Of a stretch of 58,243 nucleotides of DNA, positions 24,891 through 38,172 are shown in pieces. Position 1 is the first letter of the stretch. Each line of letters starts with the position of its first letter. Source of the stretch: Mitosporidium daphniae. Taxonomy: Eukaryota. The stretch covers positions 1 to 58,243 of the forward strand of contig NW_013546611.1 in the NCBI RefSeq assembly GCF_000760515.2, written 5' to 3'. The position numbers were made by a program, and so were the translations under genes. The notes beneath the pieces were generated by a model. The model did no database searches. It saw only the letters and a list, made by a program, of their open reading frames with translations, and was not told the origin of the DNA.

Positions 24891-25251
24891 CAGGAGATTT
24901 TATTGAATTTGAAAACTGCAATTTAATTTACATTAAACTTGCTCTGCAGGAGATGCAAATTTCTGGATAATTGGATATTTATTTGGGTCATTTTGGTTAA
25001 ATAATAAACACAAATTATTCCCAGTGAGAAGCAGAAGGAGACGCATTATCCTCAAACGTACCAATGTGGATGTAGAGCCAACCCTAACTCTAAGCAGTAC
25101 TACGGAAGGAGTAGGTATCGGAATAGCATGGTAAAATAAATAATACAAATCTTCAAACTTTCAAAATTAATAGATATAGCGGAGGAGGGAGATATGTAAA
25201 ATGGTACTTATGAACCAGCCAATGACGAAGGTTGCAACACATGGGCTCTTT

Positions 25252-27921
25252 TCAGTCGTCCCAAAAGTCAAATGAAATAAAAGTAAGCTCAAAATCTCCA
25301 TTCAAAGTTTCTGTATTCTTATCCTCATCACTGCTCGAATCAATGTCATCTTCGCCAGCATGCTTGGGGGAAACTTCGGTGAGCCTTGAAGAGGCAATTG
25401 AACGGGAATCGGTATTATCGCCCGTCAGAACATCCCCTCTAGACACGCGTGGACAAAAGAAATCCGATATGGATGGAGAAAAAATTTCAGACTCAATCGA
25501 TCTATTGGCCTTATTTTCTCTCCATAAAGCCAAAAATTTTGGATAAAATATAGCTGCAAGAGTAACCGCCATCATGACAAGTAGGCTGATATTAACTTCG
25601 TAATACTTGGCACTGATTGGGTCAGTCAATGCCCCCGATATGATGTACAGGGGTGTTGCGATCACCAAAACCAAAACATATGTGTACACAGTAATTGCAA
25701 TATGAAAAGACTCGTTAAATTGGGAATCGACCTTTCTTACTAAGAAGGCAAGAACAGCCAACAAAAGAACAAGAAAAAGAATAAACACCAGGAAAATCAA
25801 CAAAAAGATATTTGCCACGTTGGAGAGCTCCACGTTGGCCTGAGAACATATCACAAATGAGAAATATGGAGACCGGGGCGACGAAACAACTTTGGGCTCA
25901 AATGCCAGCTTTGTAAATGTAAATAAGCACAGAACTATCACATTGATTAGCAAAAGAGATCCAGTAAAGATAAACAGATGGCTATTTTTAGTGACCAAGG
26001 TCGATGGACGATGCACAGAAAAGATCTTGAAAATGCGATATGTCTTTGCAAGCATATTGGCAATCACAAGACTAAAGCCAATAACGAGCGACCAAAGCTT
26101 AAAGCTACAAACCAGATAAGATGGCCGAACGCTGTTGAGAATTACCGAGATATTGCACAAAACAACGCCAACCAGAATAAATTCGCAGAAAATGGGCGAC
26201 GCCACTTTGATGGGCTTTCTTTCTCGAAATTTCCACACAATCACAATCAAGGCGAATGAAAGTAATACCAGAAAGACCGCGCAAGCACAAAGCAATATGC
26301 CCCCAGCAGAGTCAAAAGAATTTTCGAGCGGAACTACTCGAGAAATTGGGATTTTATTGACCAGGTAAAAATAAGTTTTCGAAAAATCAATATTAACGGC
26401 GCCGTTTTGGTAATCGCCGATGATTGTTGTTGCATTTTTACTAATGGCTTGAAGGAAAGAATATTTTGAGTCTATTGGGTTGGCTTCTTTAAACCCTACA
26501 GGCCCATAAACCCCCTCAACTATCTCCCTTTTCATCTCATCGATAATATCTTTTCCACTAATTTCGCTGCATGAAGTCAAGGGCTTTTGACATTTTTCAA
26601 TTAATCTGTTTAAGGCTCCTGCGACCGACTTGACTGCATTGACCACAAAGAGGGAGTATGACTAGACAATAAAATTACAATAAATTACCGTAATCACCGT
26701 AGGACTCAGAATCTCTTCCCCAGTACACCTGCAATTGAAAGGAAATTTCCGATGTGCGACATCTAGATCGCAAACCGGAATTTTTTTTGCAAAATCTGGA
26801 ATCGGTTCATCAGGATTAAAATAGAAACATTTGAATGTATCTTCCCACATTCTTGTATATTGGCGGTAATTTTCACTCTCTCTGCCTATTGCAATATAAG
26901 ATCTAAGGGCTTCATAGGGCGTAATATATGGACTGATGCTTATCGAACCTAGAGTGGAAATATGGAAATCGAACGTACCTAAAATATATTTGTAAGGAAA
27001 AAAATCTATCGAAATTCTAGAGGGTTGATAAAGTATTTCAGAGGAAGCCTCNGAGAAGATAAAAGTGATGCCCTTGATTTTTTCTTTGTAGAAGATTTTA
27101 ATAACCGCCATTGCCAGAAGCGGATTCATGTAGAGTAACACGACGCTTAAATTTGGGATGGATTTAATACAAGAAATGAGATTCAATATTGAGCGCTCAT
27201 TCACATTTCGGGCTCTACTCAGCATCCCTGTTTTTATCATCGTAATGCACGGGAAGCGAATTTCATGTGAACCGGCAAGGTTATCAATTGCATGCCTCCC
27301 GGAGAGGCCATAAATGTCGGTGCTGAAAACCGGAGTAACAAGAGTCCAATTAAAGACACCAAGAAGGGAGACAAGAGCACGGATCTCCTCGCGAGCGGGA
27401 GGGATTGTTCTCAAAAAATTGACCGAATATTCGGGCAATTCAAAAGTTGCAGAGTAGGTTACGATGCCCACATCATATTGGTTTAAAAAAAAGCCGAGAG
27501 TAAGAGCCTGGAATGAAGTTGGGGGTCCTGGAGATTAGAAAACAAACCTACCGATTATCATCGTTATATTGTTTTCCAGAATTTCTATGGCAGAAGTGAA
27601 GCAATTCCTGGTAGAAAATCCGACATCTCTAATCTGGTAAACCACCGTCACATTTGGAAGAACAGAATCATCAGAGTTGACCATTTCCACGGCATATTTA
27701 AAGGCCAATGCTTCTTGCAAAGCAGGAGACGCGGTCATTGAAAAATCATCTGAAGAAAGTGGGAAAAACCCGGCTAAATTAAAAAATGGGTTCCCAACCC
27801 GATATAAGGGAATTTTTATATTCGGAAGTATATTTGTGGTGGTGAGGTTCATATAAGCATGGCAGAGAAGAGACGCATGCGCCCCAAAAAGGAAAAAAAT
27901 GCAATATAAATAGAAACCCAT
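25252..27921 (-). CDS. Class C (glutamate/GABA-B-like) GPCR: signal peptide, Venus-flytrap domain, 7TM_3
   Basis: LAGFFPL, AFKYAVEMVNSDDSVLPNVT, FLRTIPP, FNWTLV (ANF-receptor fold); TM region with IKVASPIFC, AKTYRI, FNES and IFYPKF. Several short introns; one N at 27052. Confidence 0.85.
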
Positions 27922-28307
27922 CGGCGTATTTCAAAATCGTCCTTGGAAAAAGGATGAAAGTAATATTATGTTCTGATAAATTTTTATCAGCTGACGGGGG
28001 TGATCCAATCAACAGATAATCTTAATCATGATATGAAAAATTAAAACACGGGTACCCTCGGGACTCATTGCTGAGTCAGAAGCATCAGCCAACACGTTGC
28101 TCTCGGCAATCTTTCATTTTTTGTCATGTTGCCGCATGACGTGCAGCATGAGGATGAATAACAGGCTGCTAGGGTTACATGACAGTTCGATAGGCTCTGT
28201 ACATTAAATTAAATTTCAACGGGGTTTCAGTGTAAACGGTTAGGGTTACATTAAAAACGGGGGGCACCGATGAGTAAAATGAATCATCAATTGCAGCCAA
28301 TTTTTTA

Positions 28308-29993
28308 ATGCTATCTACATCCCAAATATTCATTTGCTCTAAAACTGGATCGGACGTTGCCACATCAGAGTCCGGCTCTTTGGAACACCCTTGGGCTACC
28401 TTGAATTCTGCATTCTCTTCAAACAAGCAGGAGAATGTTCTCTTTATGATCCGCGATGACTCGGCTGAACCTTACGCACCGGTCTCAAAGTCTGCTTTAA
28501 AGAAGGCAAAGCAGTTCAATGAGATTACCGAGAAAAAAATGTCCAAGCTTTCCATAAGCACTCCGAAGGCCTCTGTTCCTACAACCACTTCTGAGGATCT
28601 CCCGCTTGTACAAGATCCTTCTCTCCCAGAGCCGGCCCATATTAAGATAAGGGATGCCGTGCCTGCAAGAGAACAGAAAAAAAGAGTCAAGATCGATGGA
28701 TGGGTTCACCGCTTAAGACGCCAAGGAAAGTCTATCATGTTCGTAGTGCTGAGAGACGGAACAGGCTATCTCCAGTGCTTTTTCGACTCAAAAATGGTAC
28801 TTTTGCAATTTTGACAAGAAATTTAGGTCAGCAATGCGCATGCAAAAGGGCTTTCCGTCGAGTCTACAATTTCGGTATATGGAACATTGGTCGCCGTTCC
28901 TGAAGGCCAAGTAGCACCGGATGGTCATGAGTTACAGGTCGATTTTTGGGAGGTTATTCGGATGGCTCCTGCTGGCGAAGATTCTTTCGAATGTTGCCTT
29001 AATCAGGAGGCATCTGTGGATGTTCTTTTGAATCAAAGACATCTTGTGCATCGAGGAGAAACCGCTACAAAGATCCTCAAGTTAAGGTCTTGGCTTCTGG
29101 GCGCCTTCAGGGGACACTTTGAAAAGTCGGGCTATTTTGAGATCACACCGCCTTGTATTCTGCAGACGCAAGTTGAAGGTGGCTCTACTCTCTTTTCTTT
29201 CGATTACTTTGGAGAAAAGGCCTACCTTACTCAATCGTCGCAGCTTTATTTGGAGACTGTTTGTCCTTCTCTGGGAGACGTATACTGCATCCAAGAGTCT
29301 TTCCGTGCCGAAAAGTCCAAAACCCGCAGGCACCTTTCTGAATTCACTCACATTGAGGCCGAGTTTAGCTTTATCAAGTTTGATGATCTTTTGTGCCGTA
29401 TTGAAGAAATGGTGTGCGATGTTGTTGCCCGCATGCTGAAGCATCCGATTGCAGCAGCATATTTGAAAGATTTGCATCCGGAATTTGTTGCCCCAAAGCG
29501 CCCGTTCAAACGCATGGATTATTCAGAAGCAATTGCCTGGCTCCAGGCTCACAGCGTGATGAAAGAAGAGGATGGCATGCCTTTTCAGTTTGGAGACGAC
29601 ATTCCTGAAAAGCCGGAGCGATTCATGACCGACACCATTGGGGAGCCGATTTTCTTGTGCAGGTTTCCCGTTGAAATCAAGTCGTTTTACATGATGAAAG
29701 ATGCTTCCGATCCTCGCGTGACCGAGTCTTGTGATCTGCTTATGCCAAATGTTGGAGAGATTGTCGGTGGATCTATGCGTATCTTTGATGAAGAGGAGCT
29801 CATGGCAGGCTTCAAAAGAGAAGGCCTGGACCCGGCCCCTTATTATTGGTTTATCGACCTCAGAAAGTATGGATCGTTTCCGCACGGTGGATTCGGGCTC
29901 GGCTTTGAGAGATTCATGGCTTGGCTTCTTAAAAGAGACCACGTGCGTGACGTATGCCTGTACCCGAGATACATAGGCCGCTGCCTCCCCTAA
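28308..29993 (+). CDS. DED81: Cytosolic asparaginyl-tRNA synthetase (1 intron, about 28797-28826)
   Basis: GWVHRLRRQGK, LRDGTGYLQC, YLTQSSQLYLET, SFRAEKSKTRRHLSEFTH, GEIVGGSMR, PHGGFGLGFER. Confidence 0.95.
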
Positions 29994-30183
29994 TCAATAA
30001 ATCACCGACCTGACAGCATTCGATACTGTGCGCTATGGCAATGATTGCCTTTTTTAATATTTTGGCCGTATGCAGACGTTTGTTCGCTGCTAATCATAGC
30101 AAAAGGGCACGTGGCTCCAAATACACGCACCATTGGACGCATTTTGGCGATTGCAACCGTTACACATTTATTAGGAGCCGGAA

Positions 30184-31639
30184 TTATTTGCGAATCCGAA
30201 TTGGAGCGGTATATGGGATAAATTCGGCACCTCCAAGATATGGGCGAAGCGCTTCAGGCACGGCCAGCCCTTCTGGAGTCTGATAGTTCTCCATTATGCA
30301 GCAAAGAGTTCGCTCTGTTGCCGTCAAGGTCGAATTGAGGAGATGCACGTACACTTTTTCTCGGTCACCAAGCTTTTTGATTCCACATCGGATCTCAAGA
30401 GAGCGGCTTTGGTAATCGGTACAGTTCGAGCAGGAAACAAGCTCCTTGTACTCGCCAAAATAGGGAAACCACGCTTCAAGGTCGTACTTCTTTGCAGCAG
30501 CATTGTTCAGCGCCCCAGAAACAATGCTCACAATGCGGTAGGGAAGGTTGAGGGATTGGTAAAAGGCTTCAGAGGTGCCGATCATCTCCTCAAACATGGC
30601 CCACGAGTGCTGGGGCTCCGTTAGCACAAATTGCTCGATCTTTTCAAATTGGTGAATGCGAAAGATGCCCCATGTATCTTTTCCGTGGGCGCCGGCTTCT
30701 TTCCTAAAGCAAGAAGAAAGGCCACCATATCGAAGCGGAAGGGTTTCCGAAGGCTTTTCAAACCATTCGTTGGCATGGAAACCAGATATGGGCTGCTCTG
30801 AGGTAGCAATCAAATACTTGTCTTCGCCCGATTCGTCCACTATCTATTGAGGGTTAGTGTGCTTTCAACAAACACGCACCTTGAAAAGCTGGTCGTCAAA
30901 ATCGCTCAATTGGGCCGTACGCATCATCATGTCTCTTTTCATCATAAAAGGGGTTTNCAAAAGAGTGTAGTTTCGCTTTGAAAGGAAATCCAATCCGTAT
31001 TGAATAAGCGCCAAATTGAGACGAACACCCCAATTTTTTAGGAAATAGCCACGATGCCCGGCAACTTTTGCGCCTCTCTCTGGGTCAAACCCATCAATGC
31101 GAGTCAGGACTTGGTCGTGTGACATGATGTTTTCTTTCTTGCAAGGAGCCTTTGCATCTGAGCCATGGCCATGCCACGATCTCACGATGCCATTGTTTGC
31201 CTAGTAATGGAGCTCCAACAAAAGGCTGCATACCTCGTCATTAGAAACAGGGACACTTTCATGCACAATATTTCCGATCGAATCCAACAGCTTCTCCAAA
31301 TGGGCCATCTTGGCATCCATATTTGACTCGATGCACTTTCGCTCCTCTTCAAGCGCAGATTTTTCCGTCAAATGGCCCTCTGCTGCGGCGCGGTCATTTG
31401 TTTTTATGAGGTCGGAAATTTGTTTTTGGACGACCTTGATTTTTCTGTTTAGCTCATCCACTTCAAACCTCACTAAATGCAGATTAAAAACGCCACTCAG
31501 AATTACATTTGACCCATTCCTTATCGATTGTAACTATCTCATCGACAACTTCAACAGAGGCGTTGCGCTTGCGTTGCGACACTCGTATAAGCTCGGGATT
31601 TCCTCCTCTTTCAACACGGAATAAATTAATGTCAATCAT
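30184..31639 (-). CDS. SES1: Seryl-tRNA synthetase (multi-exon)
   Basis: [78 protein letters not shown]. Confidence 0.95.
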
Positions 31640-31877
31640 GCTGGTAAATGGCCTGACGAATCTTTTTATCAGTCTCGGAAAAATTAGTGATGCGATTGAT
31701 GACGAACATTCTAATATTGGTGCTGATACCTTAATTACTTGCAAGGTGTAAACTTAAATTTTAATTATAATTTTAAATTCTGTAAGTACAATTTGACGAC
31801 ACGTGGTAAAGCGTCAGATTTTCAAAAAGACACGCCACTCATCAGAGCAGATCGATAGCATTGCCAATGGGCACAAA

Positions 31878-33760
31878 TCACTCTGAGGGAGACGAAACAG
31901 ACAGCTTTAGCTTTACTATAGGAACTTTTTTTGCGAGATTCTCATCCTCTGAAGAGCTGCGACGCTTTTGGGGGACAACGGTACCGGCAGCGTCATGAGC
32001 ACTCTCCTCTTGGCCCTCCAGCTTTATTTCCACATCTCTTGGTGGGCGGGAAGCTGTGGTTGCCTCAGAGGTCTCGGAAAAGTCCAAGGTCGAATAGTCC
32101 GAAGCGATGGCTTCTTCTTCCATGTTTGGCTCGCTTGGCGAAGATGTACCACTCTTGTCGGGCCTCGGCTTAATCCAGCCAGCGCCAATAAAAAAGTCGT
32201 AAATGCGAGATGTTTTGTTCACGTCTATCTTGATAAGGCTCCTTGCTTGGGCTCTTTTACAATGTCCGTATTTAGCGTTTGCCGCAATAAGGGTCTCCTT
32301 GATGGTTAAATACAGCCTTGGCAATATTCGAAGTATAGAACACAGGTTCTTTTCGTTAGTGGACAGCAACTCGATGCCATCGGCATCTGAAATATCCAAT
32401 GGTACCCCTATTGATGAACGCATGTTTCAATACCCATCCCCCGACGGACTTGTGGGCCGGGAGTGCCGCCTGGTTTTGTCATTGTATTTGCTAGCTCCTA
32501 AGAGGGTAGTAATGCATCCAAAGGGCTACCTTGGGCGTAATCTTGATCGATATATTGGCGGCTGATTTTATTTGGTCCTAGGATGAAAAAAGAACATCTT
32601 ACATTGATGGCGGTGGCCTTTGAATTATAATTGAGCGCATGCTCAATGGTACGGAAACCTTTTTTCCTTAGCGTTTGTAAATGATGGATATATTTCTTCA
32701 AGTAAAACTCGTCGATAAAGTCGGCTGTCAGCAGGGCAAAATCTTCTTTGCTCATAAATCGAGCAAATGGGATCAATGTTTGATGGATGTCCTTCTCCTC
32801 CTTTGCCCGATCCTTATCAATGGTGGTTAGCTATAGAAAAGACAACAAAGACTACTTTCTTATACTCTACAAGGTTGTGTTCAAAAATGGTTCTCTTCCT
32901 TTCCTCTCTTTTTTCAAGCGCATCACAATATGTGAAGAGAATTGCGAACTTCAATTCTGAGATAAAAAACCAAAGAAACCTCTCACCTCTTTCAAATTCA
33001 TTGTCCGTATCCAAAAAACAGATGTCCTTTACAAGATGTTCGGCATCATTTTCAAACTCGGTCTCAAATTCTTCTCGCTTTGGCATGTATCCAACCAGCT
33101 CGTGATCAGAGGGAGAGGACGAAATAGAATTAGCAGGTGGCTCTTGAATTGGTGCCTTGATCTAAAGCTAAGATAAAATGCTACCCACCTTGCACAAAGG
33201 AAGCTTGAATCTTCCAGGCACCATCTGGCTCTGATGAGGGACCAGTGTGTTTTTGTTGCTCAAATAGACATCCCTATAGTGGGATTCACATTCTTCCGGT
33301 GTCTTCGAGCCAAGGTAAAACGAAATGTCAATCCAGTTTCCAATCCCAACCTTTTCCAATGCTTCAAGCAGATATATTTCTTCATCAGCCCTCCATTTTG
33401 GATCGAAAATAGGAAAATCCAGCGGCTCCTAAATTTAGAATGGCAAGATAGGCGCTACCTTTACATAGTAAGCATGGGTTGCTTTGTGCTGAGGGGGCGG
33501 GGAGGCGTTTTGATTTTGTGGAAGCTTTTCCGTAAAAGAGGGAGCTGGAGTTGAGCCGGAAGAAAAACAAGAAATGCAGAGATCAACATTGGAACATTCG
33601 GCACAATTGATATAAATTGTATTGGAAATGTCGAGATGGCAAACGTCACACATACATTTTGCACCAACTTCTACACAAATGGGAGGGATCAAAGGATAAT
33701 GACAATACCATTAGCATCGATGGAGGACGCATAGATTCGATTGGGATATGTTACGGTCAT
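31878..33760 (-). CDS. ADA2: Transcriptional adapter Ada2 (ZZ finger, SANT, SWIRM; multi-exon)
   Basis: CDVCHLDIS..CAEC..DLCISCF, GIGNWIDIS..KTPEECESHY, YMPKREEFETEFENDAE, IKIDVNKTSRIYDFF. Confidence 0.9.
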
Positions 33761-33814
33761 TGAAAAATAAAAAGTTATCAAGTTTATTTACAACAAAATT
33801 TCTCGATTTTGCAA

Positions 33815-35339
33815 TTAATTCAGATAGCCCCTACAAGTAGGGGCCCTGCAATGGCAAATGAGCTTATCAAACTCTTCTATGGGAAATTTGTAGTCATAAG
33901 TTATTTCCTGCCAAGGGTCAATGTGTTTTTTGGCATAAATTCCGATTTTTATGCCACCTGATGTATCATTGATTATCACGGCATAGGAGTTTGGATCGCA
34001 GGAATGGTTCATAAACCTTGCTATGTTGCCTTTGGCAGTCGCATCGACGACATAGTTGTCATCGCATCTAAACAAATAGGAGGATCCGATGCCTAGCGAT
34101 CAATGACGAGCAATTACCATTTTTGGTGTAATACTGTTCCCTCAAAAAGGCAACTCTGCTGGAAATGAGCTCCCCTTGGTAATAAACGATCAGGTCATTT
34201 GGTTCAATTTGATACGAAGTAAATAGCCCCCAAAAATGAATACAAGACCTTGTGACGAAAAGAAATCTTTTTGGAACATCACATGCCACGGCATCGCTGA
34301 AATCAGGCTCACAAAGTAATAAAAACGAACGGGCCCAGTTCATGTCTTTGGCATCATTTTCGCGGCTCCACAGCTTATTTTTTATGTGCGATAAATACCC
34401 ATCGATGCGAGCACATCCATTGTCGGATGGCGTAACCTTTGACACGGCCTTTGAGGCCTTGCTTTTTTTAAATGGGGAATCTATCGGCAATTTGGTGGAA
34501 TTGGCAAATTGGACCCATTCGGCCTCTGACCATAATTGTGGCAACTGCTCATTCATAATGTGCTTTACATATTTGCTTGCTTTTGGATTTATATCCAAAG
34601 ATTTTGAAGGTTTTTTGGGGGGTTTTCTGGTCTTTGTTTCATCGGAGCTTGGCTAAGGACAAAATATTGCAACCGCACTTACCTTGTTGCAATGGAGAAT
34701 GCTGCTCTCTTTTTCCACGTGTGGAGTGATGCTATTTTTCTCAACTTTCATAAACACCAGCGGCAAATTCAATTTTGAGAGCTCCATATGATCGGCATTG
34801 GTTAGCTTTGAAGCCTTTGTTTGGAGTTGACCGCTGCCATTGCCAGCTTCAATAAGACTGGAGCTGGGTGTGCCGCCAGATGCGGTCTGATCGATAATCG
34901 GAGCAGCAGGATATGTCAATGCAAGCAAAGTCGGCTTTTCAATATGTTTGTATCTCTTTTGAAAACAAAATGGCTTCAATGCAAGCAAAGAGGTCCCCCC
35001 ATCAAGAAGGCCTTTGGGATCAGTACAAAGCGAAGCAAAACTCAAGCTTTGCTCATTTTTGAGCAATGAATTTTTCAAGTATGCATTTAATGGGGCTTGA
35101 GGGGCCACCATTGAGATGGTTTCGTGAAAAATGTCTTTGTAACCACAGGTCTGAGGAATCAGGAAGATTTTTTCAAACTCTTCGAGATCCATTCTTTTTG
35201 ATTCAGGAGTTTGATGTCCCCTCAGCTGAACATGATACAATGCTTTAATGGCGTTGAATTCCGCCTGGTTTTCGAAATCTGCATACCGGATCTTATGGGA
35301 ATCACGCTCCACGCGCTCATTAATGCAATCAAAAACCAT
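33815..35339 (-). CDS. Set1-type histone H3K4 methyltransferase (SET + post-SET), short form
   Basis: GCARIDGY (Win-like), SCIHFWGLF, DATAKGNIARFMNHSCDPN, EITYDYKF, CHCRAPTCRGYLN*. Confidence 0.8.
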
Positions 35340-35420
35340 TTGGGATATTTAAAAACCCGAATTTGCATTATTCATGCATTTTCATGCATTTGCAATATTT
35401 CACGAGTGTTGTTAACATGC

Positions 35421-38162
35421 ATGAGGTGCAAAACGGGCATTTTGGTGTCTCAACGGATGGTTAACGCCAACGTAGGAAGGCTAACGTTTAAAATAGGAAT
35501 CGATCTCCTCCTTTCACAGCAAAGGCTCCATATTTTCGCTTGCCCTGTTTGACGTCGATGCAGATACCTTGTTTATCACAAGAAACATCGACCTCTCCCT
35601 TATAAGCTACATCAGCCAACGTCAGACGGTTATTGCTGATGTGTAGATTTGCAAATAATTAACTCCGATGTTTGTTTGCACTCGATCAATCTCAACACCA
35701 ATGCAATGTCATCTTTGATTGAAATTGGTTTTCTCAGCAATGCCAAGCTAACTTTTAGTTGAAAGCATTAATGCCCAGCGTAATGAACCTCTAACGCTGG
35801 AGCCCGTCGAGATATCTTGGTTCAAAAGCAACAGAAACATACTGCTATCTACTTCTGAGGCTGCACTAAGGAAAATCAATCTTCAAGAATACAACCTATC
35901 GGTAGCGGCTCTTTTTGATTTCTAAGATCAGCTGTGCTAATGCTATTTTGAAATACTACCGAGCGGCTTTCCATTCTACGCCGACCGAAATCTTTTCAAA
36001 GGTCAAAATCTTCTCCATGTATGCGCACACATCCATTAAATGATAGCGATGACTTTATGCTGATTGATATCACTTCTCTTAGGTTGCCCGAGATGCTTAT
36101 TTTTAGATCGATGTCCGTCTTTCTTGATCCGTCAATTAGCCAGGTCTGTTCAAATGCCAATGCCTCGTTGTTTGGTACAATTGTGGGCATTTATTTAGAC
36201 TTGTTTGACACGACAATTACGGCGGGCGGATCAAAAATGTTGAAAAACTGGTTCAGATTCCCCCTATCCCATGTTACTCTTATTGAGCGGCGCTTGGATT
36301 TGATCGACAACATTCGATGTTTAAGCAAATGTGATTTTGCAAGTCTATGCTCCCTACTTTCGCATATTAAAATGCCACAAGTACTTTGTATTTGGTGACG
36401 TTGCTAGTTTAGAGACATTTCGCTGTATGATGTTGAGGAGCTCACAAAGTACTATCTTTTGGCTTCTTCTGCCTTGAACATTGGCAACATTTTAAAGAGC
36501 GTTTCTAACGCAGATGCTTTTAAGCAGCTTTTCAACATGAACGACTTTTTGGTTTGCTCTGTGGAAGCATTTGAAGGTATCTTTATTACAAACCCGATCG
36601 GTCAAAGTGGCGCCACCTCAAGTGACAATATGTTAATCATCAAGCCGGAATACTCCAGCGATTTGGACTACTACCAAGACATCTACTCCAACATATCTAG
36701 TTTGTTGAATCAGGAAGCCATGATTTTTTGCCAAGATTTGGCAAAAAATAACCTTTCCGAAAGGCACGATTACATCATGTCGCTGGTCGACAATTTCTGC
36801 ATCACGTGCGTGTACTTTCCTCATCTTGGATTTCTGCTTAATATCAAAAGCAATGGTGAAACGAACATCTCTTTTTGTGAGGACTCTTTAGATCTGATTG
36901 CCTCTTTTCTTGAGTTGGATATCGTTTTCATATCCATCAATAGCGGCGTCTTTTGCAAAAGCCTGCGTATGAAGCATCTGGATGACGTGTATGGGGATAT
37001 TCATTCAAAAATCAAAGACATCGAGCTTGATATTTGCCATCATTTTATCACACACCATCTTACCATGAAGGAACGGCGCATCTTTTACAGGATTTGGTGC
37101 GACTTGTCGGAAATAGATGCCATAATTTCCCTTTGCATTTCGATCGACAAATTCAACCTAACAAGGCCAACGTTAACTCTGGACACAACCGTCCACGTCG
37201 AGGGCGGCAGGTTTGCATTCCATTTTCATGATCAAGGAATCTCGTTGTTGAAAACATGTCCACCCCAACTTTCATCAGCAATAATATCCAAAGCAATTCG
37301 GAACGTGGCCTGCTTACTCTTATCACCGGCCCTAATGCCTCGGGAAAATCGGTATATCTAAAACAGGTTTTCCCTCAAAGCTTATTATCATCCCAGGTTG
37401 GCCAAATCATCCTTTTGGCACACATTGGCTCCTATGTTCCTGCGAACGAGGGCTTCACAATTGGCATTGTAAAGGAGCTTTTTTGCATGGCCAATGACGG
37501 AAATTCTGTCATCGCAAATAGAAAGTTTGTTCAAAATCTCGCAGCAATCGATTCCATCTTGTCACTTTATTCATCACGGTCTCTCATTCTGATCGATGAA
37601 TTTGGTCCCGGATCCGACACAATCGATGGGCTTTCTTTATTCATCTCTTTGGTGTTGTATTTTCTAAAGCTGGAGGATTGTCCACGAATTTTCCTGATCT
37701 CTCACTACTTTGAGCATATAAGAACTCTCATCGACCAGTCGTGTTTGCAAAAAATCCGGTTTTTAAAAACCGAGGTTTGCGATTCCGAAAATATCACCAC
37801 CTTTTTATACAAGTTAGATTTGCCTTTAACTTTAGAATCATCGAGGGGTTCAGCACCAACAGCTTGAGCATACATTGTGCAAAATTGGCCGGGTTCAGTG
37901 ATGCATTGGTCGCTAGAGGTACAGCGCGCAACAGTTAACTTTGCCCAAATTAGCGGTCAAGATTTACCATGAGCTTTTGAGCAATCAACCCCTGGAGCTT
38001 TTTCTGGAGGCCAATACGGAGGACATCCTCAAAAATGAACTTCCCGTTACCCATTTCCCGGCAAAATCAATCTTGAGCACATTTAGATGCTGGAATGCTT
38101 CGGTTGATTCCATTGACTGTTTGAAGAATCACATTGCCTCATTATTGAGCGGTACAAAATGA
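35421..38162 (+). CDS. MSH5: MutS homolog 5 (meiotic MutS-gamma subunit), multi-exon; start uncertain (35421 or 35457)
   Basis: GGSKMLKNWFRFP, CVYFPHLGFL, MKHLDDVYGDI, ITGPNASGKSVYLKQVG..HIGSYVPA, LILIDEFGPGSDTIDGLSLF, and IEGFSTNSLSIHCAKLAG. Confidence 0.8.
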
Positions 38163-38172
38163 AATAAATCGT

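Noticed and set aside
24933..25148. 71-aa minus-strand ORF and its open antisense frame
   Set aside because: Non-ATG start, no recognisable motif, AT-rich; more likely promoter or UTR sequence.
27052..30957. Ambiguous N bases at 27052 and 30957 as recoding sites
   Set aside because: Single-base assembly ambiguities inside otherwise open frames.
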